The position numbers were made by a program, and so were the translations under genes. The notes beneath the pieces were generated by a model. That model saw nothing but the letters and a program-made list of their open reading frames with translations. It was not told where the DNA came from and searched no databases. DNA of 64,000 nt, from NCBI GenBank assembly GCA_000004695.1, contig CM000153.2, positions 2,464,001 through 2,528,000 on the forward strand. The letters are read 5' to 3'. Below are positions 19,195 through 31,511 of the stretch, piece by piece. Source of the DNA: Dictyostelium discoideum. Lineage: Eukaryota. The first letter of the stretch is position 1, and each line of letters begins with the position of its first letter.

Positions 19195-19584
19195 TTAATT
19201 TTTAATTTTAAATTTTTCTATTTTTCTATTTTTATTTTTTAAATTTTTCTTGATATGACTAAAATATTCTTTATAAAATTGTTCAAGTTTTAATATCAAT
19301 TGTTCCCTTTCTATTTTCAATTGTTCCCTTTCTATTTTCAATTGTTCCCTTTCTATTTTCAATTGTTCCCTTTCTCTTTTCAATTGTTCCCTTTCTCTTT
19401 TCAATTGTTCAATTATTAATTCCAATTGATCGTTTTCTTGTTCCAATTGTTGCATTTCTTGTTCCAATATTTCCGGTATGTGATTTGAGTAAGTAACTAC
19501 TACTGTATTATTTGTAATATCTATTGTATTTTCAGCAAGGAAAAACAATATAATGAAATCTAAAATATAAAAAAAAAATTTCAA
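19195..19584 (-). CDS. Coiled-coil ORF built on 27-nt tandem repeats encoding (REQLKIERE)n; the gene model is uncertain
   Basis: 129-aa ORF. Its first codon is TTG, not ATG. An 'atattttag' motif a few codons into the ORF could be an acceptor, but the hydrophobic ILDFIILFFLA segment lies downstream of it. Nucleotide repeats of 'ttgttccctttctattttcaa' (4-5 copies, 19300-19400) lie on the plus strand. Confidence 0.3.
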   Translation of the reverse strand: MKFFFYILDFIILFFLAENTIDITNNTVVVTYSNHIPEILEQEMQQLEQENDQLELIIEQLKREREQLKREREQLKIEREQLKIEREQLKIEREQLILKLEQFYKEYFSHIKKNLKNKNRKIEKFKIKN

Positions 19585-19811
19585 ACTATTAAAATATTTT
19601 TACCCCTTTTATTTTTTATTTTTTATTTTTTTTTTTTTAAATTTTAAATTAATAAATTTAGTAATATCCATTTATATAGTAAATTTTAATAAAGGGTTTT
19701 TTAATTGAAACAGTTGTTTAAAAAGAAAAAATATTATAATAAAAAATATAATAGGAAAATATTAAAAAGAAATACATTTTTATTAATAAGAAATTAGTTT
19801 TATTTATTTTA

Positions 19812-19845
<34 letters not shown>

Positions 19846-19925
19846 AAATACTTTTTATTAATAAGGAATTTGTTTTTTTTTTTAAAATGATATTTCAAAA
19901 ACATAGTTTAAATTTATAAATAAAA

Positions 19926-22128
19926 ATGGGATATAAAAAAATAATTTATTATTTTATTCCATTAATTATTTTAAAAAAAAAAAAAAAGATGAAACAACTC
20001 TTTTTATTTATTTATTTAATATTTGTTTATTTAATTAATACTTCATTTTGTCAAGTTTATCCAAGTGGAGAAATTAAAGATATTCAAGGAAACTGTTTAA
20101 CTTCTCCAAATAATGTGGGTGAAATAATCACAATTGAAAATTGTTTTGATTCTCAATCAACAAATAAGTCACAACAACAATGGATATTCTCATTAGGTAA
20201 TAAAAACGTACCAACTCTTCAATCATTAAATGGATTATGTGCTGAAATTTCAAATAATAATTTAATTACAATTCAATGTACAACAATATATAAATCAAGT
20301 TCATTCTTATCAGTTCGTTATATTGAAGGTTCATTCATAATTAAATCAGTAATGTCTCAATCATGTTTACAAAGTCCTTTTAAAATTGGTGAATCACCTT
20401 TTTTCACATATAATTGTGATGCTGATGAAAATCAAAAGTTTTTTATTGATTTAACTTCTAAATCATTTTGTAAGTAAAAAAAATAGGAACTTTAAAATTT
20501 TTTTTTTTTTAAACATATTAATAATTTTTTATTATTATAAAAAACAGTACCTGTTTATAATCAAAAAAAAATTCCATTGACCATGTCATCAAATATAAAT
20601 TATTTCCTTGATAGTATGGAAGTAAATGCTCAATCTGGTGTATATAAAGGTTGGGAAAGAAAATTACCAGGTTTTTAGTAAAGTTTAATACTGATTGTAC
20701 TCTAACCATTTCTGATGATAATTCAGTTCTTTGGAAAAATGTTGATGAACCACCATCAGTTTGTAAACCTTCTGCTGTCTTAAAATTACATAATGATGGT
20801 AAATTATGTATATATAATCATGAAAATAATCCAGTTTCAAGTTGGTGCTCAGACTCTAAATCATTAGGTGGTCGTTATTACCATATGGTTCTTATGGAAA
20901 AAGTAAGTGAAAATAATAATTTTTTATTTTATTAATTTAAATTTAATTATAAACTTTAAAGTAAAAAAAATCAATTTATTTAATATTAATTACAATAATA
21001 TATATTAAGGATGGGGATTAGTTATTCAATCAGAAAATGGTGCAATGGTATGGGCAAAATGGGGTGAATCAATTTATCCAGATGCAAATTATAATTTAAT
21101 TCCTGGTAGCTACTTTGATGAAAATTATGGAATTAATACTAATAAATATATTACAAATGGAAGGTAAAGTATATTACATGTTCTAAGTTTAAATTTTCAT
21201 TAATTTTAAAAACAAAACTAATCATATTCTTTCATTTTTATTATTAAATTTTAAAAGAGATTTTTTATATTTTAATATAAAATATGGATTACAATATTTT
21301 ATTGGTAATCCAAATATGCAAGGAATACCTAATAGAGCTTGGAGTTCAATACCAGAACCAAGTTATGGTGAACGACCTGTTACATTAACATTATATATTA
21401 ATAATGATAATGTAACTATTCAAGGAAAAAAAATAATAGAAATAAAAACCCGAGACCTTACTGGATGGAAACACATTTTAATAGATGTTACATTATGGAA
21501 TACTCAAATACCATTGAAAGGTTGTAAATTCATTCATTTACCAATTTTAAATCAAAATGATTATGATAATTGGGGTTGGGTAATTAAAAATAAAGGTTTA
21601 AAGATTATATATGGTAATTTTAATTATCAACCTACAAAAATTAGCTCTTCAAATAATTTCTTAATTGGTAGTCCAACCAATCCATTAAATCCAACAAAAC
21701 AATTATATTCAGATATTTTAAAATTCGAATTACGTCCTGATGGTGTTTTAGAATTTAGAAATTTAATTACTGGTGAATTATTGTTCCCATACTCATATTC
21801 ATCTGTTTTAATACCAACTAGTGGTAATGGTACAAATCAATGTCCAAATAGAAAATATTTAGGTTATTGGGATAATGATAATAATTTAAGTATTAAAGTT
21901 GTTGGTTGTGAAAAGTATAGAGATACTTGTAATAAAACTGATTCAATCCAATGTAGAAGTAATCCACAGCTATGTAATGAAAATGATAATAACAAATGTT
22001 TTACTTATTTCACTTTCTTTCCAAATTGTTACCAATTTGGTCAAGCATCATTAGTAATTCAATATGGACTTCCTGAAATTATGTTTATTAGCTATGATAA
22101 TATTTTAGTTTCAAATTATTTGTATTAA
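19926..22128 (+). CDS. Secreted lectin-like protein: N-terminal ricin-B (QxW) domain followed by bulb-type (B-lectin) mannose-binding-like repeats; about 5 exons
   Basis: Exon 1 is 19926-~20472, donor GTAAGT. It holds a signal peptide (MKQLFLFIYLIFVYLINTSFC) and the motifs QQQWIF and ENQKFFI. Exon 2 is ~20549-20677 (PVYNQKKIPL...VYKGWERKLP). Exon 3 is ~20757-20905 (...SVLWKNVDEPPSVCKPSAVLKLHNDGKLCIYNHENNPVSSW..., donor GTAAGT). Exon 4 is ~21021-21167 (DGDLVIQSENGAMVWAKWGES...). The last exon is ~21278-22128 (...LKFELRPDGVLEFRNLITGELLFP...). The QxDGxLVxY-like motifs typical of B-lectins recur. Confidence 0.55.
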
Positions 22129-22259
22129 TTTTTTAAAACATGTTTAACATATGTATAAAAATAAAATAAGATAGATCTTTATAAAATAAAACTAATAGTT
22201 TTTGAATTAAAAAAAAAATAAAAAATAAATGATACTAAATAAAGATTTTATTATTATTA

Positions 22260-24180
22260 TTATTGTGGTGGTGGTGGTAAAATATCAACTGGAATAAAAG
22301 TTCTTGGAGGATTTGGAGGTACTCCAATACTTTTGAAATAACTTAATAATTGTCCTGGAATTTCTTTTAAGGTTTCTTGAGCTAAAGCATTAATATTACC
22401 TGAATATTTATTGAATGGTACAAATTGAACGATATCTCTTTTAGCTCTATTACCTTTGTAATCCACTAAACAACCATTATCACCATCTAATAAATTCATA
22501 TTTTCAAATGAACTTAAACCTACACCAACAATTACAACTGATAATGGTAAATTTGATGCTTGAACTAAACATTTTATAGTTTCATCCATATCACAAATTT
22601 CACCATCAGTTATGATTAATAAAACTGTATATTTTTGTTGATATGGTAAACGACTTTCTGAAGCTCTAGCAATTGCTTCTTGAATAACTGATGCAAAATT
22701 AGTTGGACCACTAAATGGAATCTTTGAGATGTTTCTATTATACATTTCTAAAACACCTGCTACACCAAAAGCTGATGGAACATTTGGATCCAATGAAAAT
22801 GGGAAACAATGTGATGTACGACCTTGATATTCACCACCAAATCCAAATACATCAATAAAACCATCAGAATCATATGATGATAAAACACCTAAATTATTTT
22901 AAAAAATTAAAATAAAAAAAATAAAAAAAAAAAGAAAATAAATTAGTAATTAAAAAAAAAAAAAAACTTTAAAATAATAAATAAAAAATACAAACTTCCA
23001 ACAGATGCAATTGAACGTGCATAAGCACTACCACCCTTTTCAAGATCATTATAATGAAGACCTGAAAATGAATTAACTGAACCATTACTACCTGTACAAT
23101 CGATTGCTGTCATTAATGAAATTTCACAACCACCTGCTAAAAATTCTAAAAAGGTATGAGTCTTTTCTAAACGAACTTTATAAAACTTTAAGATACCACT
23201 ATTTTTGTAACCAGATTTTGAGGTTTTCTTTGGATTAATTAATGGATATTCAATGACACCTCTAAGGATTGCATCGGTTGTTGTACGTGTGATACCAATT
23301 AAATCATGTGCACCAATACTATCATAATCATAAACTTCAATTAAAAGCTCTCTAAACATATCACCCCCATTAAATTTTTCCAATTCCATGTGTAATTCTG
23401 GCCAAAGTGGATTAACATTACTTTTAATAACAATACTTTGGAAAACTAATAATTGTTCACCATTTGGATTGGTTTTATAGATTTTATAATATGGATCTGA
23501 TGAAAATAAATCTTTTTTATCAAGACCAATACCTTCAGCACTTAAAAAGATATGATGATTGGTTTGACAAATCTCTTCTGCTGAAATTTCAATTTTACCA
23601 GTAACTTTACTATGATGAATTAAATCTGCAACAATTTTTCTACCAGGTCTTGATAAAATATTTGATAATGATGTTGTCTTTTTTTTATTTAAATAAATAA
23701 ATAAATAATAAAAATAAAAATTAGTAAATAATTTTATTATTATTATTGTTATTTTTTTTTTTATTTTTTTTTTTTTTTAATACTCACAAATTCACCAATT
23801 TTATCATTTTTATCTAAATCACCAAACAATGTGATTTCTTTATCAATATCCATAACAGTGAATGTTAAGGTTTGGATTTCTTCAAAATAATAATCGAGAG
23901 TAATGGTTTTTTTAAATTCTGGTGATAAATTGTTTTTGATTTTTTCAGTACAATCAACAAATTGGAAACCTCCTGGACCTCTCTTTTCACTAATAAAGAT
24001 TTGTGGATCAGATTTACTAACGATATCTAAAATAAATAAAAAATAAAAAAAAAGAATAAGTAAAACATGAAAGTTGGAAAAAAAAAAAAAAAAAAAAATT
24101 GTTTAATTACCTAAATTCTTTAAATGATGACATCTGAATCTTAATTCAACTCTTGAATTTGGTTTTGACGATGGTATCAT
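22260..24180 (-). CDS. Copine family protein (two C2 domains plus a vWA-like A domain), 5 exons
   Basis: Exon 1 is 24180-24111 (MIPSSKPNSRVELRFRCHHLKNL, donor GTAATT). Exon 2 is ~24037-23788 (DIVSKSDPQIFISEKRGPGG...FTVMDIDKE..., donor GTGAGT). Exon 3 is ~23693-22990 (C2B 'GLDKKDLFSSDPYYKIY', then 'GGCEISLMTAIDCTGSNGSVNSFSGLHY', donor GTTTGT). The last exon is ~22880-22260 (...LPLSVVIVGVGLSSFENMNLLDGD...RDIVQFVPFNKY...). The copine signatures 'DFTASNG...SLHY' and 'RDIVQFVPF' are present. Confidence 0.8.
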
Positions 24181-24251
24181 TTTTATTTATATATTTATAT
24201 ATTTATATGATGCAAGTATTTAATAATTGAAATACAACGAAAAGAATTTTT

Positions 24252-24289
<38 letters not shown>

Positions 24290-24605
24290 AAAAAAAAAAA
24301 AAAATCTACTTTGATCAGTTTTGTGTCAGTTGATTTGAAAAAAAAAAAAAGATATTTATAAAAATAAATTTTTTTTTTTTTTTTTTTTTTATATTTAATT
24401 TTATGCTAATTGGTGTTAGTTTAACGAAAATGTGATAAAAAATCTTAAGAAAAGATTGAATATATTACCAAAAGTTGAGATAAAATTGGGAAATAAAAAA
24501 AAAAAAATTAAAATTTTTTATCCAATGACCAAAAATAATTTTTTTAAAATATTAATTTTACATTTCATCACCAAACTTTTAATTATTAATTTAATGGTAA
24601 TAAAT

Positions 24606-24645
<40 letters not shown>

Positions 24646-24839
24646 TTATTTAATATTACACACATAGGTGAGTTCATATTTTTTTAAATTGTTGTGGTGG
24701 AGATAAATTTAAAGAATAAGAAATTGTTTTACTCTTTTATAAATTTTTTTTTTTTTTTTTTTAACCTAGAGCTTTTATACATTTATTACTTTTTTTTTTT
24801 TTTAAAAAAAGTTTAATTATTTAAATTAATTCTATTATT

Positions 24840-25259
24840 TTAAGACATAAAAATACCTGATGGTTTTTCACCTTTAGCTTGGAGTTGCATTGTTTGTTGG
24901 TGAACAACACATAATGTACAATAACATACTGCACAAGAATCACCACAAAAATTACCATCAATACCATGTTTTTCTCTAATTTGAGAACGAGTTAAGCAAG
25001 TAACTAATGGGAAAAAAAAAGTAGCCAAAAGGCAATCAGTAGCCTCACACTGACGATTATCCACAGTTGCTCTCTGTTGCATAATTTGTAGGCCCTTGAA
25101 ATGAATAATGAAAATTGAAAATAAATATTCATTCTTTGACAATTATTAATATTGTTTGGAAAAATAAATAAATAATTAACTTACTGGCCATAAATAACTG
25201 ATACAACAAACTCTACAATCAGATGTACAATCGCATAAACCGTGTTCCCAATTTGCCAT
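24840..25259 (-). CDS. PLAC8 / FW2.2-like cysteine-rich domain protein, 2 exons
   Basis: Exon 1 is 25259-25185 (MANWEHGLCDCTSDCRVCCISYLWP, donor GTAAGT). Exon 2 is ~25105-24840 (GLQIMQQRATVDNRQCEATDCLLATFFFPLVTCLTRSQIREKHGIDGNFCGDSCAVCYCTLCVVHQQTMQL...). The CCxxxxCP...cysteine pattern is typical of PLAC8. Confidence 0.7.
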
Positions 25260-25685
25260 TTTTTTATTTTTTTATTTATTTTATTTGTGTTTAGATAATG
25301 ATTAAAAATAAAAAAAAAAAACTTTCCTTTTATACTTAAAATTTTTTTTTTTTTTTTGTTTTTTTATTAAATTTTTATTTTTTTCTTTTCTTTTCTCAAA
25401 ATTGTTCTAGTTTTGATTTTCTAAAAAAAAAAATCTTTTTTTTGGGGTTTCAAAAAAAATTTTTGAAAAGGTAAGAATTTTTTTAAAAATTTGCTTTTTC
25501 AAGAAAAAAGGTATGAAAGTCTTTCTTATTGGATGCCAAAATTAAAAAAAAACATAATTAAAAAATAAAAAAAAAAAACAATTGCGATATTTTTAATTTC
25601 GAAACACAAAAAGTCGCTTTTTTTTTGGTTTATAAATTAAAAAAACACTTCAAATAAAAAATTCTAATAAAAGGAGGTGATTTGC

Positions 25686-25728
<43 letters not shown>

Positions 25729-25742
25729 TTTTTTTTAATTTT

Positions 25743-27196
25743 TTAATTATGGTTTTTAGAATTGATTAGATTTAATAATTCAGTGTCCCAATTTAATAGT
25801 TTTGATAGGTTGAGAACTGATTCTTGACAATCACCAATCATTTTGAAATCAAAATTTTTATTATTATTAAAATTGAAACCACCAAAACTATTTTCACCAA
25901 CAATTTGATTATTTATTAATAATCTTGGGATATTTTTAAAATGAGGAAAGAAATGAACCATTGATGCAATTGGTTGAACTTTTAAAGAGGTACCAATCAC
26001 AATTAGACAATCACATCTATTAATATCGTCAAGTATATTTTGATTAAATATTGGTGGTAAAGATTCACCAAAGAAAACAATATCAGGTTTAATTACAGCA
26101 TTATTACATTGAACCACTTTACAACGTGGTACAACACTTTTCAAAGGATCATTATTGAAAATTGAATCTTTAATATATTCTTGAGAATATTCTAAACCAC
26201 AATTTGTACATCTTGAAACTGCAAAAGAACCATGAGCTTCAATTAATTTATCCAATGGTATACCAGCTATTCTTTCAAGTGTGTCAGCATTTTGTGCATA
26301 ATTCCTTAACAGTAATCCTTTATCTGATAAAAGTTTAATAAAATAATGAACTGGTGTACATTTAAATTTACCCGATGGGTAGAGGTCTTTTGAAAGTTGA
26401 TAAAATGGTTCAGGATTGAATTTAAAATAATCAATATCAAACACTGCCTCTTTAAATGGTAATTTAAATTTTGAAACATTTTCATTATTATATAAACCAG
26501 TTTCAACTGATCTAAAATCTGGTATACCACTCGCAACTGAAATTCCAGCTCCTGTCAATACAATAATATTCTTACATTTATCATTTTTAATTAATTTTAT
26601 AAATTCTTTAATTTTATTATTTTCAATTTCAATTTCATTTTCAATTTTAATTTCATTTTTAATGATATTACTATTCTTTATAATATCTTTAATTGAATTA
26701 TCAATTGAGTCGAAATTTTTATTATATTTTAAATTTCTTTGATCATAATAAATGAATAATTTCATTACTTTGAATAAATTTTCAATATCTTTTAATTTTT
26801 TATTTATTAAATCACTATTTTTGGTGCATTTTTCAATCATTGTTGATTCTTTAATTAATTCATTACAATCATTACACCATAATGTTTTATCATCACCATG
26901 AAATATTTTAAAAATTGAATGATTGGAATGTAATTTACAATCTTCCATACAAACAACAATTCCACATTCTAAACAAATTAAAATATTATCTTGACTTGAA
27001 CATTTATAACAATTTGGTATTGTTACTTTTTTTTTTTTTTTTTTTTTTTTTGTTAATTAACAAAAATTTTATTGATTTTTAAATTAAAATATTAATAATA
27101 TAACTTACTATTTTCATTATCATATAATTGAATATCAATTGATTCATAATTTATATTACAATTTTCAATATGTACACATTGTGTTTGTTTTGACAT
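25743..27196 (-). CDS. Sir2-family NAD-dependent protein deacetylase (sirtuin) with an N-terminal UBP-type zinc finger, 2 exons
   Basis: Exon 1 is 27196-27109 (MSKQTQCVHIENCNINYESIDIQLYDNEN, donor GTAAGT). Exon 2 is ~27025-25743. It opens with 'ITIPNCYKCSSQDNILICLECGIVVCMEDCKLHSNHSIFKIFHGDDKTLWCNDC', a zf-UBP pattern (C..C...CL.CG..C...H...H...W.C..C). The sirtuin core follows: 'GAGISVASGIPDFRS', 'HGSFAVSRCTNCGLEY' and the Zn-ribbon cysteines. Confidence 0.8.
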
Positions 27197-27548
27197 TTCC
27201 AATTTTATTTGTTTATATGTTCAATCAATAATAATAAAAAAAATAAAAAAATAAAAAAAAATAAAAAAAAATAAAAAAAAATAAAAAAAAATAAAAAAAA
27301 AAAAAGATTTCTCATTTTTTGACCATTTTCAAATGCCTGGCTGATGTCAAATTAAAGAAGTTAAACCAAAGCAATTTGTGGTAATTGATCGCAAAAACGA
27401 TAGACATGTCTATTGCAAAAATCATGATCCAAATCACCATAAAGTTGATCAAGATTCTTCTCTCTCTTAGCGTAGGTTAATCATGCTCTTGGTTGGGCTC
27501 TCACAGCTAATACACTGGAAAACATAATTTAAGAATATTCATCATTTT

Positions 27549-27920
27549 TTGAGAGATTTTGCTTAGGGTAATTAAAAAAAAGATATTATATTTTAATAAT
27601 ATTTATAACAATAATATCAGTAATTAATAAAATTTAAATAAAAAATAATTAAAAAATGATAAGATTTAAGAATTCTTATTAATAAATAATAATTTATTTC
27701 TCATTTAATAATAAAAAGTTAATATATTTATCATTTTATGAGATTTTATGCTAGGGTAATTTCTCACTTTTTATAACATAATATTATAATTTAATAATAT
27801 TTTAAAACAAAATAATACAAATTATTATAAAAATTAATACATTTATTAGGTTGTAGAAAATTTTACTATTGTAATATCTCATTTTTTAAAATATAATACT
27901 ATAATTTAAAAATATACAAA
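27549..27920. repeat. Three degenerate tandem units (~150-185 bp) of an AT-rich element
   Basis: Each unit begins with a conserved head: 'ttttgagagattttgcttagggtaatt' (27549), 'ttttatgagattttatgctagggtaatttctcac' (~27733), 'ttattaggttgtagaaaattttactattgtaatatctcat' (~27845). A similar AT-rich body follows each head ('ataatattataatttaataatatttta...'). No ORF is present. Confidence 0.5.
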
Positions 27921-28143
27921 CCAATTAATAAATAAAATATCAAATATTATTAATTTATTATTAAAATATGATAAAAAATAATCAAATTGTAATAAATGTT
28001 TAAAATAATAAAAAAAAAATCAATAAAATATAAGAATGTTAATTTAAATTAAACAATTTTTTTCTTATTTTATTATAAATATTATTAACAAAAAATGTTC
28101 CTAATTTTTTTTTTTTTTTTTTTCCAAAAAGTAATAAACATGT

Positions 28144-28428
28144 GTGACCACCAAGGATATTATGAATGCTCAAAGAAGTTTGATTTTAACAGGGGATTTA
28201 ACTGGAGACCTCGAAAATTTCCCAGTTATTAAAAAAGAATGTACTGAAGACTGCAAAAAAATGATGATTGAAATTGTTGAAAAAACATTAAGAGATTTTA
28301 CTACCATAGCCACAAATTACTTTAAAGATGCTAAAATTGGAATAAAAAGAAAGGATGAATGTGATGGTGTTAACTATTTCTTTATTGTTGTGGAGAGCTT
28401 GATGATGAAGAAGATCATGAATTTTTAG
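28144..28428 (+). CDS. Small hypothetical ORF; the model is uncertain
   Basis: The track start is GTG. The first ATG in frame is ~28162 (MNAQRSLILTGDLTGDLENFPVIKKECTEDCKKMMIEIVEKTLRDFTTIATNYFKDAKIGIKRKDEC...). After a frame change at ~28390, another frame continues as ...CGELDDEEDHEFLEDVEKAMNVKRINGKVVHLNNQENDNKLESSTNK. This suggests a small intron or a frameshift. Confidence 0.25.
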   Translation: MTTKDIMNAQRSLILTGDLTGDLENFPVIKKECTEDCKKMMIEIVEKTLRDFTTIATNYFKDAKIGIKRKDECDGVNYFFIVVESLMMKKIMNF

Positions 28429-29101
28429 AAGACGTAGAAAAAGCGATGAATGTTAAAAGAATAAATGGAAAGGTAGTTCATTTAAATAACCAAGAGAATG
28501 ATAACAAATTAGAATCTTCAACCAATAAATAAATAAATTTATATCTCTTATATAAGAGATGTAGTTTATTTTTTTTCTTTAAATTTTTAATTTTTAATTT
28601 TTTTTTTTTTTCTTTTTATTTTTATTTTTTTTCTTTTTTAATTTCTTGCACCTCTTTTACGTGCAAAGTTACCAGGTTTGGGTATATATCGTCGAGCTTC
28701 TTGTGCAGTTGCATAAGTTCTAATTGGCTCTTGTCTTTCTCTGTTTCTTTGCAATCGTCTTCTTTCACTTGTTTTAGTCAAATTTCTATTTTTATTTTAT
28801 TTTTAATTTTTTTATTTTTAATTTTTTTTTCTTTATTCCAATGCCACCCAAATTAAAAAAAAAAAAAAAATAAAAATTTAATAAAATAAAATTTTTAAAA
28901 AAAAAAAAAAAAGTTATAACTTTGATAACTTATTTTATTTTTATTATTATTATTATCATCTATTTATTGTTGTTTTTTTTTTTTTATTTTTTTTTTATTA
29001 TTATTATTATTATCATCTATTTATTGTTGTTTTTTTTTAATATTTTATTTTCTTTATTTTCCTTAATTTTGAGTTTAACCACCTGCGGGTAAGATTTAAA
29101 A

Positions 29102-29135
<34 letters not shown>

Positions 29136-29485
29136 CATTTTTTTTTTTTTTTTTTTTTTTTTATAAAATTTTTTTTTTTTATAAAATTTTTTAATATTAA
29201 AAAATAAAAACCAAACAGATTCGCATATACACCCAATCAATCAATAATATCTTTCACTTTTTTTTTTTTTTTTTTAATTATTATTATTATTATTATTATT
29301 TTTTTTTAATGGGGTTTGGTCTAAAAAAAAAAAAAAAATTTTGTTCCAATCTGTTAAAAAAAAAAAAAAAAAATAATACAAAGAAATTTTAAAAAAAAAG
29401 AAAAAAAAAAAATAAAAATAAAGAATAATATATTTATATATAAAAAAAACAAAATTTTCTATTACTACACATAATAATAATAATA

Positions 29486-29566
29486 ATATAAATATAAATA
29501 TAAATATAAATATAAATATAAATATAAATATAAATATAAATATAAATATAAATATAAATATACATA
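29486..29566. repeat. (ATAAAT)n hexanucleotide microsatellite (~14 units) immediately upstream of the NDR-kinase start codon
   Basis: Read directly: 'aatataaatataaatataaat...'. Confidence 0.9.
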
Positions 29567-29583
29567 TACATATACTGTAATTT

Positions 29584-31453
29584 ATGAGTCGTAAAGAAAA
29601 TTTAAATAGAAGTAGTAGTAGTAATAGTATAGAATTTAATAGAGATAGAGATAGAGATAGTAGTAATATCAGTAATAGTAGTAATATAAATTGTAATAAT
29701 AGTAGTCAAACTCCACCTATTCCACAACATAATAGTTTAAGTGGTAGGTCAAAGCATTCGTCACCAATACATAGTTTAAAGAAAAAAGGTTCATTAGTTA
29801 GACAAGGTATTGAAGATTTATTTAGTTCACTTAGTGTGGATACACATTCAAGTAGTAATAGTAATAATAATAGTAGTAGTAATAATAATAATAATAATAA
29901 TAACCATAATATTAATAGTTCATCGGAATCATCAACTCCTACAACACCAAGATCATCTTTTACACCTCAAGTTACAATGAATAGTAATCAAAGTAGTGGT
30001 AATAATTCACCTCAGTTATCAAGTAGATCTAGTTCACAATCAACTTTAATACCCTCAAATGAACCAACTGTATGTAGTAAATTAATAACCCACCCCACTT
30101 TTATAATTCTCCATATATTTATTTCCTATTACCATATAATTAACTAACAAATAAAATTTATTATTGTTATTTTTATTATCACTAAAAGAAATCATTGGCA
30201 AAATTTTTTTTATTAGCACAACAAGTTGATTATGTTGGTGATTCAAGTTCAACTTTATTACCAGTTGAAAATTTAGGATTATTAAGTATACAATGGAAAA
30301 CATATTTCACAATTGGATTGAATTCAACTACTACTGGATATGACGTTTTAAAATATATATCAATTAAAACTAATAGAGATTTAAAATCATTAACATTGGC
30401 AGATTCAGATGGTAAAATCATTGATAATGATTATATATTAACTCAACAACGTTGTAAAAAATTTGTTGTAGTTGAAGATTTAAATATTGATGATTTAAAA
30501 ATGAAACAATTAAATCATTTACAACAACTACCACCACCATCACAACAACAATTACCACCACCACAATCACACCAACAACAATTATTGCAACAACAATTAC
30601 AACAAAGATTACAAAATCAAAATCAAAATCAAAATAATAATTCAAATTCAAATTCAAATTCAAGCTCAAGTTCATCATGTTCAACACCACAATCTATAGT
30701 ATCACAACAACAAAAATTACATCAAATGCTATTAAATCAACAACAAATTCAATCATCACAAAGTACGACACCAACTAATTCATCACAAAAATCATCACCA
30801 AATAAAGTGACTGATCATCAACATGTTGAGAATTGTAATTTTACATCACCATCACCATCATCACCCTCTTCACCATCATCACCATCGAGTGGTATGATTT
30901 TGGATGGATTCAATTTGGATGGAAATGGTGGTAGACCTACACCATTAATTATAACACCATCTTCTCCATCATCTATGAGAAAGAATCCACCTGCAATTCC
31001 ACCAAGATCACCTTCAAGTTTTAGTGGTGGTAGTCCTTTAAATAATATTTTATTAAATAATACTGAATTAATTTCAGAACCTGTAACAACAACAACAACA
31101 ACAACAACCACCACTTCATCCTCATCATCATTATCAGTAACAACAACAATTTCAAATCCAAATTATACACAAAATTTACCAACAACACCATTATCTAATA
31201 GTAGTAGTAATAATAACAATAATGGATCATTTATAACATTACAAGATACTACAAATAATAAATCAATTATAAATAATAATAGAGAATCACCACCAGAATC
31301 ACCAATGGGTAGTAGAAAATCATCAGGTAGTTCAAATACAACATCATCTACTACTAATACCACTACACCATCATCATCATCATTAACAACATCATCAGGT
31401 AAAGAAAGTAGAGATAGAGATAGTAAAGATAAAGAAAAAGATTTAATTGGTAG

Positions 31454-31511
<58 letters not shown>

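Noticed and set aside
22260-23389. Two separate copine-like ORFs (22260-22793 and 22943-23389)
   Set aside because: They are consecutive exons of one copine gene, joined by a GTTTGT...ag intron (~22989-22881). The hydrophobic tail 'LYFLFIILKFFFFFNY' of the second ORF is intron read-through.
27330-27545. Box C/D snoRNA or spliceosomal snRNA in the GC-richer island
   Set aside because: No proper C box (RUGAUGA) and D box (CUGA) pair, and no recognisable snRNA motifs apart from a Sm-like U-run. Kept only as an unexplained-island finding.
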